A stretch of DNA of 64,000 nt, taken from an uncultured Enterobacteriaceae bacterium (GTDB lineage Bacteria; Pseudomonadota; Gammaproteobacteria; Burkholderiales; SG8-39). Shown here piece after piece: positions 1-10,517 of the stretch. The notes under the pieces were generated by a model, which ran no database searches, was not told the DNA's origin, and saw only the letters and a list, made by a program, of their open reading frames with translations. Both the position numbers and the translations under genes were made by a program. The DNA lies in NCBI GenBank assembly GCA_964393745.1, contig CAYMVA010000013.1, positions 46,250 to 110,249 on the forward strand, given 5' to 3'. The first letter of the stretch is position 1, and every line of letters starts with the position of its first letter.

Positions 1-1
1 C

Positions 2-454
2 GGCGCGCAGGGGACCGTTTGCGGCGGTGGCCGCTACGATGGCCTGTTCGCGCAGCTCGGCGGCAAGCCCGCGCCCGGGGTGGGCTTCGCGCTGGGTTGC
101 GAGCGGCTGATCGCGCTGATGAAGGACTCGGGCCGGGCGCCGGTGGCGCCGCTGCCCGACGCCTACGTGCTGCAGCAGGGCGAGGGCACGCTCGAGTATG
201 CCTTCGCCATCGCCGATGCGCTGCGTGCGGCGGGGCATTCGGTGGTGCAGCACGCAGGCGGCGGCGGCTTCAAGTCGCAGATGAAGAAGGCCGATGCGAG
301 CGGCGCGCGCGTCGCGCTGATCGTCGGCGAAGACGAGCTGCGCGCCGGCGAAGTGTCGCTCAAGCCGCTGCGCCGGGCCGAAGCGCAGCAGCGTGTCGCG
401 CGCGCGCGCGTTGCGCAGACGCTGGCGGAAATGTTGCGCAACCAAGGGAACTAG
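2..454 (+). CDS. hisS: Histidyl-tRNA synthetase, C-terminal part (5' end outside window)
   Basis: Open frame from the window edge. GGRYDGLF...GFALGxERL motif and an anticodon-binding-like tail. Followed by the conserved yfgM-bamB-der neighbours. Confidence 0.85.
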   Translation, partial: GAQGTVCGGGRYDGLFAQLGGKPAPGVGFALGCERLIALMKDSGRAPVAPLPDAYVLQQGEGTLEYAFAIADALRAAGHSVVQHAGGGGFKSQMKKADASGARVALIVGEDELRAGEVSLKPLRRAEAQQRVARARVAQTLAEMLRNQGN

Positions 455-464
455 GGAACTGGAC

Positions 465-1097
465 ATGGCATACGATCTGGAAGAACAGGAACAAATCGCC
501 ACGCTCAAGGGGTGGTGGAGCGATCACGGCAACCTGGTGCTTTCGGTGATCACCGCCGTGGCGCTCGCCGTGGCCGGCTGGTTCGGCTGGCGCACCTGGC
601 AGGCGAACCAGGCGATGCAGGCGGGGGCGCTGTACGAGACGCTGGCGCGCGCCATGCAGGCGGGCGACGCCAAGGCGCTGCGCGACGCGGGCGGGGCGCT
701 GGCGGAGAACTATCCGCGCACCCTCTATGCCTCTATGGGCGCGTTGGCGGCGGCGCGCTTTCATTTCGACCGCGGCGACCTGAAGAATGCCCGGGCGCAG
801 CTGCAGTGGGCGATCGAGCGCGCGCCGACCGAAGAGCTGCGCGACCTGGCGCGCCTGCGGCTCGCCGCGGTGCTGCTCGACGACAAGGCGCACGACGAGG
901 CCTTGCGGCTGCTCGAGGCGAAGCACGCCGAGCCGATGGCGGCGCAGTACGCGGCGCTCAAGGGCGACATCCTGGTGGCGAAGAACCAGGCCGCGGAGGC
1001 GAAAGCGGCCTACAAGCTGGCGCTGGAGAAGGCGGACCGCAAGAACGACGCTTTCCGCGCGAGCGTGCAAATGCGCCTCGACGCGCTCGGCGGCTGA
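465..1097 (+). CDS. YfgM-like membrane-anchored TPR protein
   Basis: ATG at 465 (MAYDLEEQEQI..LKGWW), a single N-terminal TM and a TPR-like C-terminus. Conserved position between hisS and bamB. Confidence 0.75.
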   Translation: MAYDLEEQEQIATLKGWWSDHGNLVLSVITAVALAVAGWFGWRTWQANQAMQAGALYETLARAMQAGDAKALRDAGGALAENYPRTLYASMGALAAARFHFDRGDLKNARAQLQWAIERAPTEELRDLARLRLAAVLLDDKAHDEALRLLEAKHAEPMAAQYAALKGDILVAKNQAAEAKAAYKLALEKADRKNDAFRASVQMRLDALGG

Positions 1098-1099
1098 GA

Positions 1100-2263
1100 G
1101 TGCGACGGCTGCTCGCCGCGGTGGCGGCGGCTTTGCTTTTCGGGTGCTCGTACGTTCCGAGCGTGCCGAGCCTCGACCCGACGGAGTGGTTCCGCTCGAC
1201 GCCGGCTTCGGCCAAGCCGGCCGATTTGCCGCCGCTCACCAATCCACAGGGCGTGCGCGTGCTCTGGACCGCCTCGGTGGGCGGCGCCGAGCGCTTCGCG
1301 TTCAGCCCGGCGCTTGCTGGCGGCGACGTCTACGCGGCGTCGCGCGACGGCACGGTGGTGCGGCTGGATGGCGCCACCGGCCAGACGCGCTGGCGTGTCA
1401 GCGCCGGCGCGCCGCTCTCCGCGGGCGTGGGCAGCGACGGCCGGATCGCGGTGGTGGCCTCGGACGAGGGGGAGGTTTTCGCGCTCGACGCCGATAACGG
1501 CAGCGTGCGCTGGCGGGCGCGAGTCTCGAGCGAGGTGCTAGCACCGCCCAAGGTCGGGGAGGGACTGGTGCTGGTGCGCAGTGCCGACAACCGCGTGTTT
1601 GCGTTCGGCGCGGAGGATGGCAAGCGCCGCTGGGTGTACCAGCGCGCTGCCGCCTCGCTGACGGTACGCTCGCCGACCGGGCTGACGCTGCACCAGGGCT
1701 CGGCCTACGCCGGGTTTCCGGGCGGCAAGCTGGTCGCGATCGCGCTTTCGAACGGCGGCGTGCGCTGGGAGGCGACCGTCGCGCTGCCCAAGGGATCCAC
1801 CGAGCTCGAGCGCGTCACGGACGTGGTCGGCGAGCCGGCGATTCAAGGGCGCGTGGTGTGCGCGGCGGCCTTCCAGGGCCGCGTCGCCTGCTACGACGTG
1901 CAGACCGGAAACCAGCTCTGGGCGCGCGACATGTCCACCGTCAGCGGCGTGTCGTTCGACGCGCGCTACGCCTACGTGAGCGACGATCGCGGCGCGGTGC
2001 ACGCGCTCGACCGCGCTAACGGCCGCAGCATCTGGAAGCAAGACCGGCTTGCGAACCGGCGTCTGTCGCTGCCGCTGCCGCTCGAGGGCGAGATCGCGTT
2101 CGGCGACTTCGAGGGCCAGGTCCACTTCGCGGCACGCGAATCGGGGGCGTTCGTGGCGCGCTTCGCCACCGACGGCGGCGCGATCCGCGCCGCGCCGCAG
2201 CGGCTCGCCGGCGGCGTGCTGGTGCAGACCGCCAACGGCGGCCTGTACGCGCTGTCGCTCTGA
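1100..2263 (+). CDS. bamB: Outer membrane protein assembly factor BamB (PQQ-like beta-propeller lipoprotein)
   Basis: GTG at 1100 gives VRRLLAAVAAALLFGCS (lipobox). Repeated propeller blades (G.VYA...DG.V.ALD..TG...W). Synteny with der. Confidence 0.85.
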   Translation: MRRLLAAVAAALLFGCSYVPSVPSLDPTEWFRSTPASAKPADLPPLTNPQGVRVLWTASVGGAERFAFSPALAGGDVYAASRDGTVVRLDGATGQTRWRVSAGAPLSAGVGSDGRIAVVASDEGEVFALDADNGSVRWRARVSSEVLAPPKVGEGLVLVRSADNRVFAFGAEDGKRRWVYQRAAASLTVRSPTGLTLHQGSAYAGFPGGKLVAIALSNGGVRWEATVALPKGSTELERVTDVVGEPAIQGRVVCAAAFQGRVACYDVQTGNQLWARDMSTVSGVSFDARYAYVSDDRGAVHALDRANGRSIWKQDRLANRRLSLPLPLEGEIAFGDFEGQVHFAARESGAFVARFATDGGAIRAAPQRLAGGVLVQTANGGLYALSL

Positions 2264-2280
2264 ATCCGATTCCTTAGCGC

Positions 2281-3648
2281 ATGAAGCCGATCATTGCCAT
2301 AGTGGGCAGGCCGAACGTCGGCAAGTCGACGCTGTTCAACCGCCTCACGCGCACGCGAGACGCCATCGTGGTCAACGTGCCCGGCGTGACGCGCGACCGG
2401 CACTACGGCGAGGGCAGGCTGGGAGGCCGGCCGTTCATCGCCATCGATACCGGTGGCCTGGCCCCGGAAGCGGCGCCGAGCATCTACGCGGAGATGGCGC
2501 GCCAGGCCGAACAGGCGATCGTGGAGGCGGATGCGGTCATCCTGGTGACCGACGCGCGCGCCGGCTTAACGCCAGCCGACCGCGCCATCGCCGAGCGCCT
2601 CCGCCGCATCAAGACGCGCCTCTGGATTGCCGCCAACAAGGCTGAGGGCCTTGCGCCGGGAGTCGCGGCTGCGGAGTTCCACGAGCTTGGCCTGGGCGCG
2701 CCGGCGCCGATTTCGGCGACCCACGGCGAGGGCGTTGGCGAGCTGCTCGAGGCGGTGCTGGACGATTTTCCGGAACAGGATGAGGAGGCCGACGCCGAAG
2801 CCGCGGACCGGCATCCGCGGGTGGCGATCGTGGGCCGGCCGAATGTCGGCAAATCCACCCTGGTGAACGCGCTGGTGGGCGAGGAGCGCGTCATCGCCCA
2901 CGGCGAGCCCGGCACCACGCGCGACGCCATCGAGGTGCCGTTCGAGCACCGCGGCAAGCGCTACACGCTGGTGGATACCGCCGGCCTTCGCAGGCGCGGC
3001 AAGAGCGGCGAGGATGTGGAGCGCTTCTCGATCGTGAAGACGCTGCAGGCGATCGAGTCCTCGAACGTCGCGGTGCTGGTGCTGGACGCCGCCGAAGGGA
3101 TCCTGGAGCAGGATGCGCACGTCGCCGGCTACATCCTCGAGCGCGGGCGCTCGGTGGCGATCGCGGTCAACAAGTGGGACGCCGCTGACAAGGAGTCGCG
3201 CGAGCGTGTCAAGTCCGAGCTGCGCTGGAAGATCGGCTTCCTCAGCTTCGCCGAGACCCACTTCATCTCGGCGAAGGAGGGCAAGGGCATAGGCGCGCTG
3301 ATGAAGGCGGTGGATACGGCCTATGCGGCCGCCATGGCGAAGCTGCCCACGCCCCGCCTGACGCGCGCGCTGATCGCCGCAGTCGAGCGCCAGTCGCCGG
3401 CGCGCAAGGGCTACTCGCGCCCCAAGCTGCGCTATGCGCACCAGGGCGGCTCGAACCCGCCGCGCATCGTGATCCACGGCAACTCGCTGCGCGACGTCAC
3501 CGACGCCTACCTGCGCTACCTGGAGAACTGGTTCCGCGAGGCATTCGAGCTGCACGGCACGCCGCTCAAGATCGAGCTGCGCACCGGAAAAAATCCCTAC
3601 GCGTCGCCGAACGCCAAGAGAAAAAGCAAGGGCAAGGCGCGCAGGTAA
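2281..3648 (+). CDS. der: Ribosome-associated GTPase Der/EngA (two GTPase domains plus KH-like C-terminus)
   Basis: Two [10 protein letters not shown]-loops, DTAG motifs and NKxD/NKWD motifs. 455 aa. Confidence 0.95.
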   Translation: MKPIIAIVGRPNVGKSTLFNRLTRTRDAIVVNVPGVTRDRHYGEGRLGGRPFIAIDTGGLAPEAAPSIYAEMARQAEQAIVEADAVILVTDARAGLTPADRAIAERLRRIKTRLWIAANKAEGLAPGVAAAEFHELGLGAPAPISATHGEGVGELLEAVLDDFPEQDEEADAEAADRHPRVAIVGRPNVGKSTLVNALVGEERVIAHGEPGTTRDAIEVPFEHRGKRYTLVDTAGLRRRGKSGEDVERFSIVKTLQAIESSNVAVLVLDAAEGILEQDAHVAGYILERGRSVAIAVNKWDAADKESRERVKSELRWKIGFLSFAETHFISAKEGKGIGALMKAVDTAYAAAMAKLPTPRLTRALIAAVERQSPARKGYSRPKLRYAHQGGSNPPRIVIHGNSLRDVTDAYLRYLENWFREAFELHGTPLKIELRTGKNPYASPNAKRKSKGKARR

Positions 3649-4377
3649 TCAATTCCTGCCGCGCAGGCTGCGCACCAGGCCCGGCAGGTAGAGCCCGCGC
3701 GACAGCAGCTTCCAGGCGACCATGCGCACGATGAGCGCGATGTCGGCGACCGGGCGGAAGTGGCTCGGGCGCGCGTACTGCGGGTAGAGCGCGGCGATGG
3801 GAACCGGAACGCTCTGCACGCCGATGCGCCCGGCTTCGATCAGGACTTCGCTCTCGAAGCAGAAGCGCGCACCCGCGTCGTGCGCCACGCGCACCCGCCT
3901 GAGAACGCCCGCCGGGTAGAGGCGAAAGCCGGATTGGCTGTCGGATATCGCGTAGCCGGCAGCCCAGGCGATCCAGAAGTTGGCGAAGCGGTTGGCGTAG
4001 TAGCGCATTCTCGGCACCGCATGCCGCTGCCACTGGCGGGCCCCGATCACGATCGCCTCGGGCCGCTCGCGCCAGGCAGCTAGCAGCCTTGGAATGTCCT
4101 CCGGCTCGTGCTGGCCGTCGCCGTCCAGGGTGACGACCGCGTCGGCGTCCTCCGCCAGCGCGATCGCCATGCCCCGCCAGAGGCTCGCCGCCTTGCCAAG
4201 CGTATGGGGGTTGGAGAGCAGCGTGACGGGCAGGCCATCCAGCGCCTGCGCGGTGCCGTCGCTCGAGCCGTCGTTCACCACGATCACCCAGTCGGATTGG
4301 CGCAGCGCGCGCTCGGCGACGTTGCGGATGGTCGCCTGCTCCTCCAGCGCAGGGATGACGATCGCGATGCGCGTCAT
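3649..4377 (-). CDS. Family-2 glycosyltransferase (last gene of the lipid cluster)
   Basis: MTRIAIVIPALEE...VVNDGSSDGT...LDGDGQHEP (GT2 DxD-type signature). I place the start at the internal ATG 4377. Confidence 0.8.
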   Translation of the reverse strand: MTRIAIVIPALEEQATIRNVAERALRQSDWVIVVNDGSSDGTAQALDGLPVTLLSNPHTLGKAASLWRGMAIALAEDADAVVTLDGDGQHEPEDIPRLLAAWRERPEAIVIGARQWQRHAVPRMRYYANRFANFWIAWAAGYAISDSQSGFRLYPAGVLRRVRVAHDAGARFCFESEVLIEAGRIGVQSVPVPIAALYPQYARPSHFRPVADIALIVRMVAWKLLSRGLYLPGLVRSLRGRN

Positions 4378-4465
4378 AGCAGAGGGGCCGGGCCCCTTCC
4401 GGTAGATGCACTCGGGGCCTTCCCGGCCCCCCCGCACCCCCCGAGCGCGGTCAATAAACGATCTC

Positions 4466-5200
4466 TCATGCGAGGCCGCCGCTGATCGAGATCACCTGGC
4501 CGGAGACGTAGCCCGCCGTATCCGAGGCGAGATACGCCACCAGCGCCGCCACTTCATCCGGGGTGCCCGCACGCTTCATCGGCACCAGCGACTTAACCGC
4601 TTCGGCGCTGAACGCCTGCGCGGCCATGGGCGATTCGATGATCCCGGGCGCCACCGCGTTCACCGTGATGCCGCGCGAGGCAAGCTCGAGCGCGAGCGAG
4701 CGGGTGGCGCCATGCAGCCCTGCCTTGGCAGCGGCGTAATTGACTTGGCCGCGATTGCCGCTGATGCCGGCCACCGAGGAGATGTTGACGATGCGGCCCC
4801 AGCGCGTGCCGATCATCGGCAAGAGCAGCGGCCGTGTGACGTTGAAGAAGCCTTGCAGGGACACGCCGATCACGCTGTCCCACTGTTGCGGCGACATTCC
4901 CGCCAGCGGCGCATCGGCGTGGATGCCCGCGTTGTTGACCAGCACCTGGACCGGGCCTTCCGCGAGCAGGAGCTCGAGGGCCGCCGCCGTCGCCTCGCGA
5001 TCCGTGACATCGAAACACGCCGTCGCGGCGCTGCCGCCGGCCGCGCGGATGCCGCCGGCGATCTGCTCGGCTCGCGACAGGTTGCGGTGCGCGTGCACTA
5101 TCACGTGCAGGCCCGCCTGCGCCAGCGCGCGGCAGATGGCCTCGCCGATGGCGCCGCTGCCTCCGGTGACCAGGGCGCGCCTTTTCTGCTGCGTCGTCAT
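4466..5200 (-). CDS. 3-oxoacyl-ACP reductase (SDR, FabG-like ketoreductase)
   Basis: TGGSGAIG Rossmann motif, NNAG, and the S...YxxxK (YAAAK) catalytic motif. The start ATG overlaps the upstream stop (ATGA). Confidence 0.9.
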   Translation of the reverse strand: MTTQQKRRALVTGGSGAIGEAICRALAQAGLHVIVHAHRNLSRAEQIAGGIRAAGGSAATACFDVTDREATAAALELLLAEGPVQVLVNNAGIHADAPLAGMSPQQWDSVIGVSLQGFFNVTRPLLLPMIGTRWGRIVNISSVAGISGNRGQVNYAAAKAGLHGATRSLALELASRGITVNAVAPGIIESPMAAQAFSAEAVKSLVPMKRAGTPDEVAALVAYLASDTAGYVSGQVISISGGLA

Positions 5201-5628
5201 TGCCGCTCGCGAAGCACCACCAGGGCGCGGCCCGCGACCAGTTCGCGGCCGCCCGCCTGAAGGTGGAAATCGTAAAGCAATTGCGGGCCGGCCGGGCTGA
5301 GCCGCGCCGCGGTCACCGTCAGGTCTGCGTCCAGGTCGTCGAGCCGGGAGACCGCGAGCACTACGTCGCGCACGCTCACCAGGTAGCCGGCGCGGCCTCG
5401 CGCACCGTTTTCGCACAGCGCGCCGTGCGCAGCCATCGCCTGCCCCGCATACTCGATGCCGGCGAGCGCCGGCAGCGCGCCATCGCTGCGCAAAGGGTTG
5501 CCGGCGTCACCGTGGCTGCGCGCGCGGCAGACGATTCGGGTGTCGTCCCATTCGAGCACCTCGTCGAGCAGGCACATGGCGCCGGCGTGCGGCACCAGCC
5601 GGGTGATTTCCTCGCGTCCCAGCTTCAT
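5197..5628 (-). CDS. Hotdog-fold dehydratase (FabA/FabZ-like, cluster-associated)
   Basis: 143-aa hotdog-sized protein (MKLGREEITRLVPHAGAMCLLDEV...). ATGA overlaps on both sides. Confidence 0.65.
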   Translation of the reverse strand: MKLGREEITRLVPHAGAMCLLDEVLEWDDTRIVCRARSHGDAGNPLRSDGALPALAGIEYAGQAMAAHGALCENGARGRAGYLVSVRDVVLAVSRLDDLDADLTVTAARLSPAGPQLLYDFHLQAGGRELVAGRALVVLRERQ

Positions 5629-6404
5629 CGGCGCACCGTGACGGCCAGAGCTTCGCCCGACGCACCGGCCAGCCGGACCGTGCCGCCGGCGCCGGCGAGC
5701 GCCTGCAGCAGCGGCAGGCAGGCGGCGGCGGAGTTGCCGGCGAACTCCTGCATTCCTTCCGGCAGCGGATCCGGGGCGCCGCCAGACTCGATTGCGAGTT
5801 GCAGGCGTGCGAGTGCGGGAGTGGTCGCGGGCGCCAGGACGAGCGCGGCAGCGAGTCCGTGGCGCACCTGGCGGTGCTCGAGCAGCGGCTCCGGATAGGG
5901 CAGGTCCACAGCGACCAGCAGGACGCGGCGCGATTCCACCGCAACCTGGCAGGCGGCCTCGATCAGGCCTGCCGCGACCGAGCCGTCGTGCGCGCACAGC
6001 GAGGTCGCCGGTCCTTCGGCTCGCGCGCCGATGCTCCAGTAGCCGGTCGCGGCGTTGTGCACCGAATTGTGGAAGTGGATCGGCGACAGGCGCCGGTCGC
6101 TGCTCGCCAGCGCGCTGCAGATCTGGTGCACGATCGCGCCGTCGCCGTCGCTCGAGGTGAATACGGCGCTCAGCTCGCGCGCCTCGATTGCGGCATGCGT
6201 CACCGCCTCGTGCGCAGCGCCGAGCGCCCAGAGCACGGTTTTGGCGCAGCGCCTGCGCTCCGCCGGTGGCAGCGTTTGTGGCGCGGGCGGCGCCACCGGA
6301 GCGGGGCTATAGCGCGCCCGCCCGGAAAAAATGCCCTCGGCCTCCGCCCAGTTGCGCAGGCCCGGTGCGAGCAGCCCGATGCCGAGCACGCCGAGTTCGA
6401 TCAT
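5625..6404 (-). CDS. Beta-ketoacyl synthase-like partner protein (chain-length-factor-like, short KS N-terminal-type domain)
   Basis: 259 aa, MIELGVLGIGLLAPG... Immediately downstream of the KS with an ATGA overlap. Typical KS-partner position in aryl-polyene-type clusters. Confidence 0.6.
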   Translation of the reverse strand: MIELGVLGIGLLAPGLRNWAEAEGIFSGRARYSPAPVAPPAPQTLPPAERRRCAKTVLWALGAAHEAVTHAAIEARELSAVFTSSDGDGAIVHQICSALASSDRRLSPIHFHNSVHNAATGYWSIGARAEGPATSLCAHDGSVAAGLIEAACQVAVESRRVLLVAVDLPYPEPLLEHRQVRHGLAAALVLAPATTPALARLQLAIESGGAPDPLPEGMQEFAGNSAAACLPLLQALAGAGGTVRLAGASGEALAVTVRR

Positions 6405-7579
6405 TCCCCGGCTCCAAACACCAGGCTGCAGTTGCTGCCGCCAAAGCCGAACGAATTGGACAGCACGCGCGCGAGCCGCCGGGGCGCCGATTGCCGCACG
6501 ATACCGCTGCGCAGGCCGGGATCCGGCGTGGCGGTGTTGAGCGTGCCCGGCAGCCAGCCGTGCTCCAGGCAAAGGCAGCAAAGGATCGCCTCTGTGATGC
6601 CGGCTGCGCCCAACGCGTGCCCGGTCCATCCCTTGGTCGAACTCACCGGAACCGCGGCGCCGAACAGCTCGAAGATGGCACCGTCTTCGGCGCGATCGTT
6701 CGCCGGTGTCGCGGTGCCATGGGCGTTGATGTAGTCGATCGCCCGCGCCTCGATCCCGGCAGCGTCGAGCGCTGCCTGCATCGCGCGCCGCGCGCCTGCG
6801 CCTTCTGGATGCGGCGCCGACATGTGATGCGCGTCGCTACTCTCGCCGTAGCCGAGCAATGCCACGCGCCCGCGCACGCCCCGCTCGAGCAGCGCGAATC
6901 CAGCCGCCTCGCCAATCGACAACCCCTTGCGCGCACTGTCGAACGGCGCGCAGCGCTCGTCCGAGAGCAGCTCCAACGAGGCAAAGCCGTAGAGCGTCGT
7001 CAGGCACAGGCTGTCGACCCCGCCCACGACCGCCGCATCCGCGAGCCCGGCCGCGAACAGACGGCGGGCGCTCGCAAACACCTTGGCACTGGAAGAGCAG
7101 GCCGTGGAAATGGTCGCTGCCGGGCCGGCCAGCGCGAGGCTGCGACGCACGAAATCGGTCACCGAGAAAAGATTGTGCGTGCCGCGGTAATTCAGCCGCG
7201 CCGGCAGGTGGCCGGCGGCGTCGCGCTCGCGATAAGCGAGCTCGGTCTGCAGGATTCCCGAGGTACTGGTCCCGATGAGCACCGCGACGCGGTGCGCGCC
7301 GTATCGCCCCCGGACGCCTCGCACTGCGGCGGCGAAGCCGTCTACGCTCAGCGCCGTGTGCGCCAGGCGGTTGTTGCGGCAATCGAACTCCGCCAGCGCA
7401 CGCGGTACCGGCTCGTCTTCGAGCCCGTCCACACGCCCGATCCAGGTGCGCAGCGTGGCGTCGTCGAAGTCGTTCGGGCGCAGACCGCTGCGTCCCTGCC
7501 GCAGCGCCTCGAGGGACGCGCCGAGCCCGCGCCCGAGGGCGTTGACGGCGGACATCGCGGTGATGGCGAGCGGTTCCAT
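6401..7579 (-). CDS. Beta-ketoacyl-ACP synthase (FabB/FabF-like KS)
   Basis: Active-site TACSSS Cys, HGTATP and GHALGAAG His motifs, and a GFGGSN C-terminus. 392 aa. Confidence 0.9.
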   Translation of the reverse strand: MEPLAITAMSAVNALGRGLGASLEALRQGRSGLRPNDFDDATLRTWIGRVDGLEDEPVPRALAEFDCRNNRLAHTALSVDGFAAAVRGVRGRYGAHRVAVLIGTSTSGILQTELAYRERDAAGHLPARLNYRGTHNLFSVTDFVRRSLALAGPAATISTACSSSAKVFASARRLFAAGLADAAVVGGVDSLCLTTLYGFASLELLSDERCAPFDSARKGLSIGEAAGFALLERGVRGRVALLGYGESSDAHHMSAPHPEGAGARRAMQAALDAAGIEARAIDYINAHGTATPANDRAEDGAIFELFGAAVPVSSTKGWTGHALGAAGITEAILCCLCLEHGWLPGTLNTATPDPGLRSGIVRQSAPRRLARVLSNSFGFGGSNCSLVFGAGE

Positions 7580-7603
7580 GGCGCGTGCGTGGCGCTGAGC
7601 GGT

Positions 7604-9955
7604 TTACCCTGATTCGCGGCGGCGCGCCAGCGCCGCGGAAGAGACCAGCGACAGCGCTGCGCCGAGCGCCACGGTGAGCCCTATGGCGCGCAGCACAGGA
7701 TTCGAGGACGCCGCGAGGGTGCCGAAAGCGATCACAGTGGTGAGGCTGCAGACCAGCACCGAAAGCAGCGTGCGCGAGCGCACCTGCGGGTCGCTCTCTG
7801 GCCGGTTGAAGAACAGCGCGTAGTTGAGGCCGATGCCGAGCACCAGCAGCAGCGCGATCAGGTGAAACACGCTCAGGCGGTGGCCGAGCAACTGCAGCAA
7901 GGCGATGGTGAGGGCGAGCGCTGCGAGCACCGGCGCCAGCACGCGCACGACCTCGCGCAGGCGCCGCAGGCCTGCGGTGAGCACGAGCGCGATCGCGAGC
8001 ATGCCGGCCCCGGTCAGCGTCAGCGACTGCATCCGGTAGCCGGCGATGAGGGCGTTGGACTCCTCCTTCAGGTCGAGCAGTGCGGTGTGCGGCACTGGCT
8101 GCCGTGCGGCCTCGTGCGCCAGCACGCGCGCGTCGCTGACGCCGTTCAGCGGCACCAGCGAGACCCACTGGCCGTCGCTTTGCGCCAGCAGCGATTGGAG
8201 TTTCAGGCCAAGCGCGCTGCCCTGCAGCTGCTCTGCAAGCACCGGGCCGTGGGCCCGGTTCTGCTCCAGCTCGCGCAGGAACGGCTCGAACAAGCCGGGG
8301 CGGAACGGCAGGCCGGCGAGCGCCTGCGCGAGGCTGGCACGCAGCGGCTCCGGCTCGGGCAGCGCCGCCCGCCGCTTCGCCTGCGTGGCGGCGCTAGGCA
8401 AATAGCGCGTTGCGGAATCGTAGCCTGCGATCACCCTGCGCGACACCAGGGAGACCAGCCAGGGCTCGGCCTGCTCGGTGCGCTGCATAGCGAGCTCGCG
8501 AGTGGCGCCGGTGATGACGACCAGCTGGCGCACGTCCGGCGCGCCGAGTTCCGACCGCAGCTGCCGGTCGAGCGCTTTTGCATGCTCGGGAATCGCGCTC
8601 AGGCTGGCGAGATCGTCGTCCCAGACGCGCTCTGCTCGCAGCAGCAGGAATACCGCCGCGAGCGCGCCCAGAACCAGGAACGTGCGGCCAAGCCGGCCGG
8701 CGCCGGCAGCCCACGCGGTGGCGCGTGCAGGGGCCTGGAACCCGCTCGTAGTGACCACGCGCTGCGCGGCGAGGGCGGGAACGACCCAGCGCGTCACCAG
8801 ACCTGCGGCCAGTACGCCGCAGATCAGCAGCAAGCCCAGCTGCGCCAGCCCGCCGAAGCTCGACATCGCCATGGTGACGCCGCCGATCAATGTGGTCAGA
8901 ACGGCCAGGCGCAGCGTCGGCCAGATTCGCTGCAGCGCATCGAGCACCCTTTCTCCGGGTGCCGAGTGGGTGAACACGTAGCTCGGGTAGTCCACCGCCT
9001 CGCCGATCAAAGTGGCGCCGAACGCCAGCGTGACCGCGTGCACCGAGCCAAACGCGAGGCTGACGGCCGCACTTCCAGCCAGCAGGCCGCTCGCAGCGGG
9101 GAGCATGCACAGCAGCACGATCCAGGGCGCACGGTAGACAAACAGCAGGAGGATCAGCACCAGCGCGCCGGCAATGGTGGAAAGCAGCCACGAGTCGCGC
9201 TCGATGCTCGCGCGCGTCTCTACCGCGAACACCGCGGGTCCGGACAAAGTGAGGCGCAACTCGCGGTGCGCGGGATCTTCAGCGAATGCGCTGCGCACCG
9301 ACTCAACGGCTTGCTGCTGCCGCGGGGCGTCGAATCCTCCGGCGACAGTCTCGGCGAGCAGCAGCGCGCGCCGCCCGTCTGGCGAGGACCATACGCCGGA
9401 GCGCGACACTGGACCCTCGGTGCGGATGCGCTCGAGGATGCGGCCGAGTTCGCCGGTGGGATCGCGCGGCAGCGTGGCGCGTGTCAGGGCGCCCGCCGGG
9501 GATGCGAGTTGTTGCAAAGCTGCCTGCAGCCTCTCCCGCAGCGCCTGCGCACTGAAGCGTTCGGCGTCGGCATCCGGGCTCAGCAGATAGCGGTAACCCA
9601 TCAGCAACTCGTAGTCGGCTTCCACTTCACCGGGCTCGCCGTTACGTACACTGACAAACAAGGGACTGCGGCGCAGCGCGGCCGCCAGAGCGCGACTGCC
9701 AGCGGCGCGCGCCTCGGCGTCCGCGCCTTCTATGGCGACGAGGACGATGCGCGAAGTCACGCCGCTGCGCAGTTGCTCGAGAAGCAGTTGCTGATTGCGC
9801 GACGCCGACGGCGGCAGGAACGCGGTTAGGTCGGTCTTGATCTGCGCGTTAGCGAGCAGCCAGGCGCTGGCCGTGAGCGCGAGCAGCCAGACGACCACTG
9901 CCGCGACCGGATAGCTGCGCAGACGCGGAGCCTCGCCGCCGGAGTCAGCGGTCAT
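7604..9955 (-). CDS. MMPL/RND-superfamily membrane exporter
   Basis: 783 aa with two blocks of multiple TM helices separated by large soluble loops. Follows the LolA-like gene with an 11-nt overlap. Confidence 0.8.
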   Translation of the reverse strand: MTADSGGEAPRLRSYPVAAVVVWLLALTASAWLLANAQIKTDLTAFLPPSASRNQQLLLEQLRSGVTSRIVLVAIEGADAEARAAGSRALAAALRRSPLFVSVRNGEPGEVEADYELLMGYRYLLSPDADAERFSAQALRERLQAALQQLASPAGALTRATLPRDPTGELGRILERIRTEGPVSRSGVWSSPDGRRALLLAETVAGGFDAPRQQQAVESVRSAFAEDPAHRELRLTLSGPAVFAVETRASIERDSWLLSTIAGALVLILLLFVYRAPWIVLLCMLPAASGLLAGSAAVSLAFGSVHAVTLAFGATLIGEAVDYPSYVFTHSAPGERVLDALQRIWPTLRLAVLTTLIGGVTMAMSSFGGLAQLGLLLICGVLAAGLVTRWVVPALAAQRVVTTSGFQAPARATAWAAGAGRLGRTFLVLGALAAVFLLLRAERVWDDDLASLSAIPEHAKALDRQLRSELGAPDVRQLVVITGATRELAMQRTEQAEPWLVSLVSRRVIAGYDSATRYLPSAATQAKRRAALPEPEPLRASLAQALAGLPFRPGLFEPFLRELEQNRAHGPVLAEQLQGSALGLKLQSLLAQSDGQWVSLVPLNGVSDARVLAHEAARQPVPHTALLDLKEESNALIAGYRMQSLTLTGAGMLAIALVLTAGLRRLREVVRVLAPVLAALALTIALLQLLGHRLSVFHLIALLLVLGIGLNYALFFNRPESDPQVRSRTLLSVLVCSLTTVIAFGTLAASSNPVLRAIGLTVALGAALSLVSSAALARRRESG

Positions 9956-10517
9956 CGCGCTGGATCGTCATGATGGAGCGATCGCCATTCGCTTCCCGGA
10001 TCTCGATCGAGCCGAGTTGGCTGTCCGTACCGGAGATCCGGATCGCCTGCAGATGCCTGCCGATCTGCGGATCTATCGGCTCGAGCGTCACGACCCAGGC
10101 GGTGCGCGTGCCCGAGAGCGCGACCCGGTAAAAGCGCTGCAGCAGCGACAGATCGCCGGCCAGCGTCGCGCGCAGGCCCTCCACCAGGCCCCAGACCACG
10201 GGATTGCGCTGCACCGGCATGGTTCGCGCCTCGCCGCGCGCCTTGTTCTCCACGGTGAGTGTGTCGCCTTCCACGCTGATGCGCTCCTCGAACGGCGCCA
10301 GCACGTGCTTGGTGATGCGGTCGGGGCGCACGTAGCTGAGCCTGCCGCGGACCTCGAGCGGCGCCGTGAGAATGGCAAGGTGCCGCGTTTCGGTGAAGCT
10401 GGCCTGGCTTGCAGGGACTTCGGCCATGCGCTTCATCAGGGCGCCAAGGTTCCATTCCTCGGCGCGGGCGGCGCTTGCAGCGGCCAGCAGCAGCGCGGCG
10501 ATGGCGAAACTACGCAC
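9945..10517 (-). CDS. LolA-like outer-membrane lipoprotein carrier family protein
   Basis: GTG start gives VRSFAIAALLLAAASAARA (signal peptide). ~190 aa LolA-sized beta protein. Paired with MMPL as in aryl-polyene clusters. Confidence 0.65.
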   Translation of the reverse strand: MRSFAIAALLLAAASAARAEEWNLGALMKRMAEVPASQASFTETRHLAILTAPLEVRGRLSYVRPDRITKHVLAPFEERISVEGDTLTVENKARGEARTMPVQRNPVVWGLVEGLRATLAGDLSLLQRFYRVALSGTRTAWVVTLEPIDPQIGRHLQAIRISGTDSQLGSIEIREANGDRSIMTIQRDDR

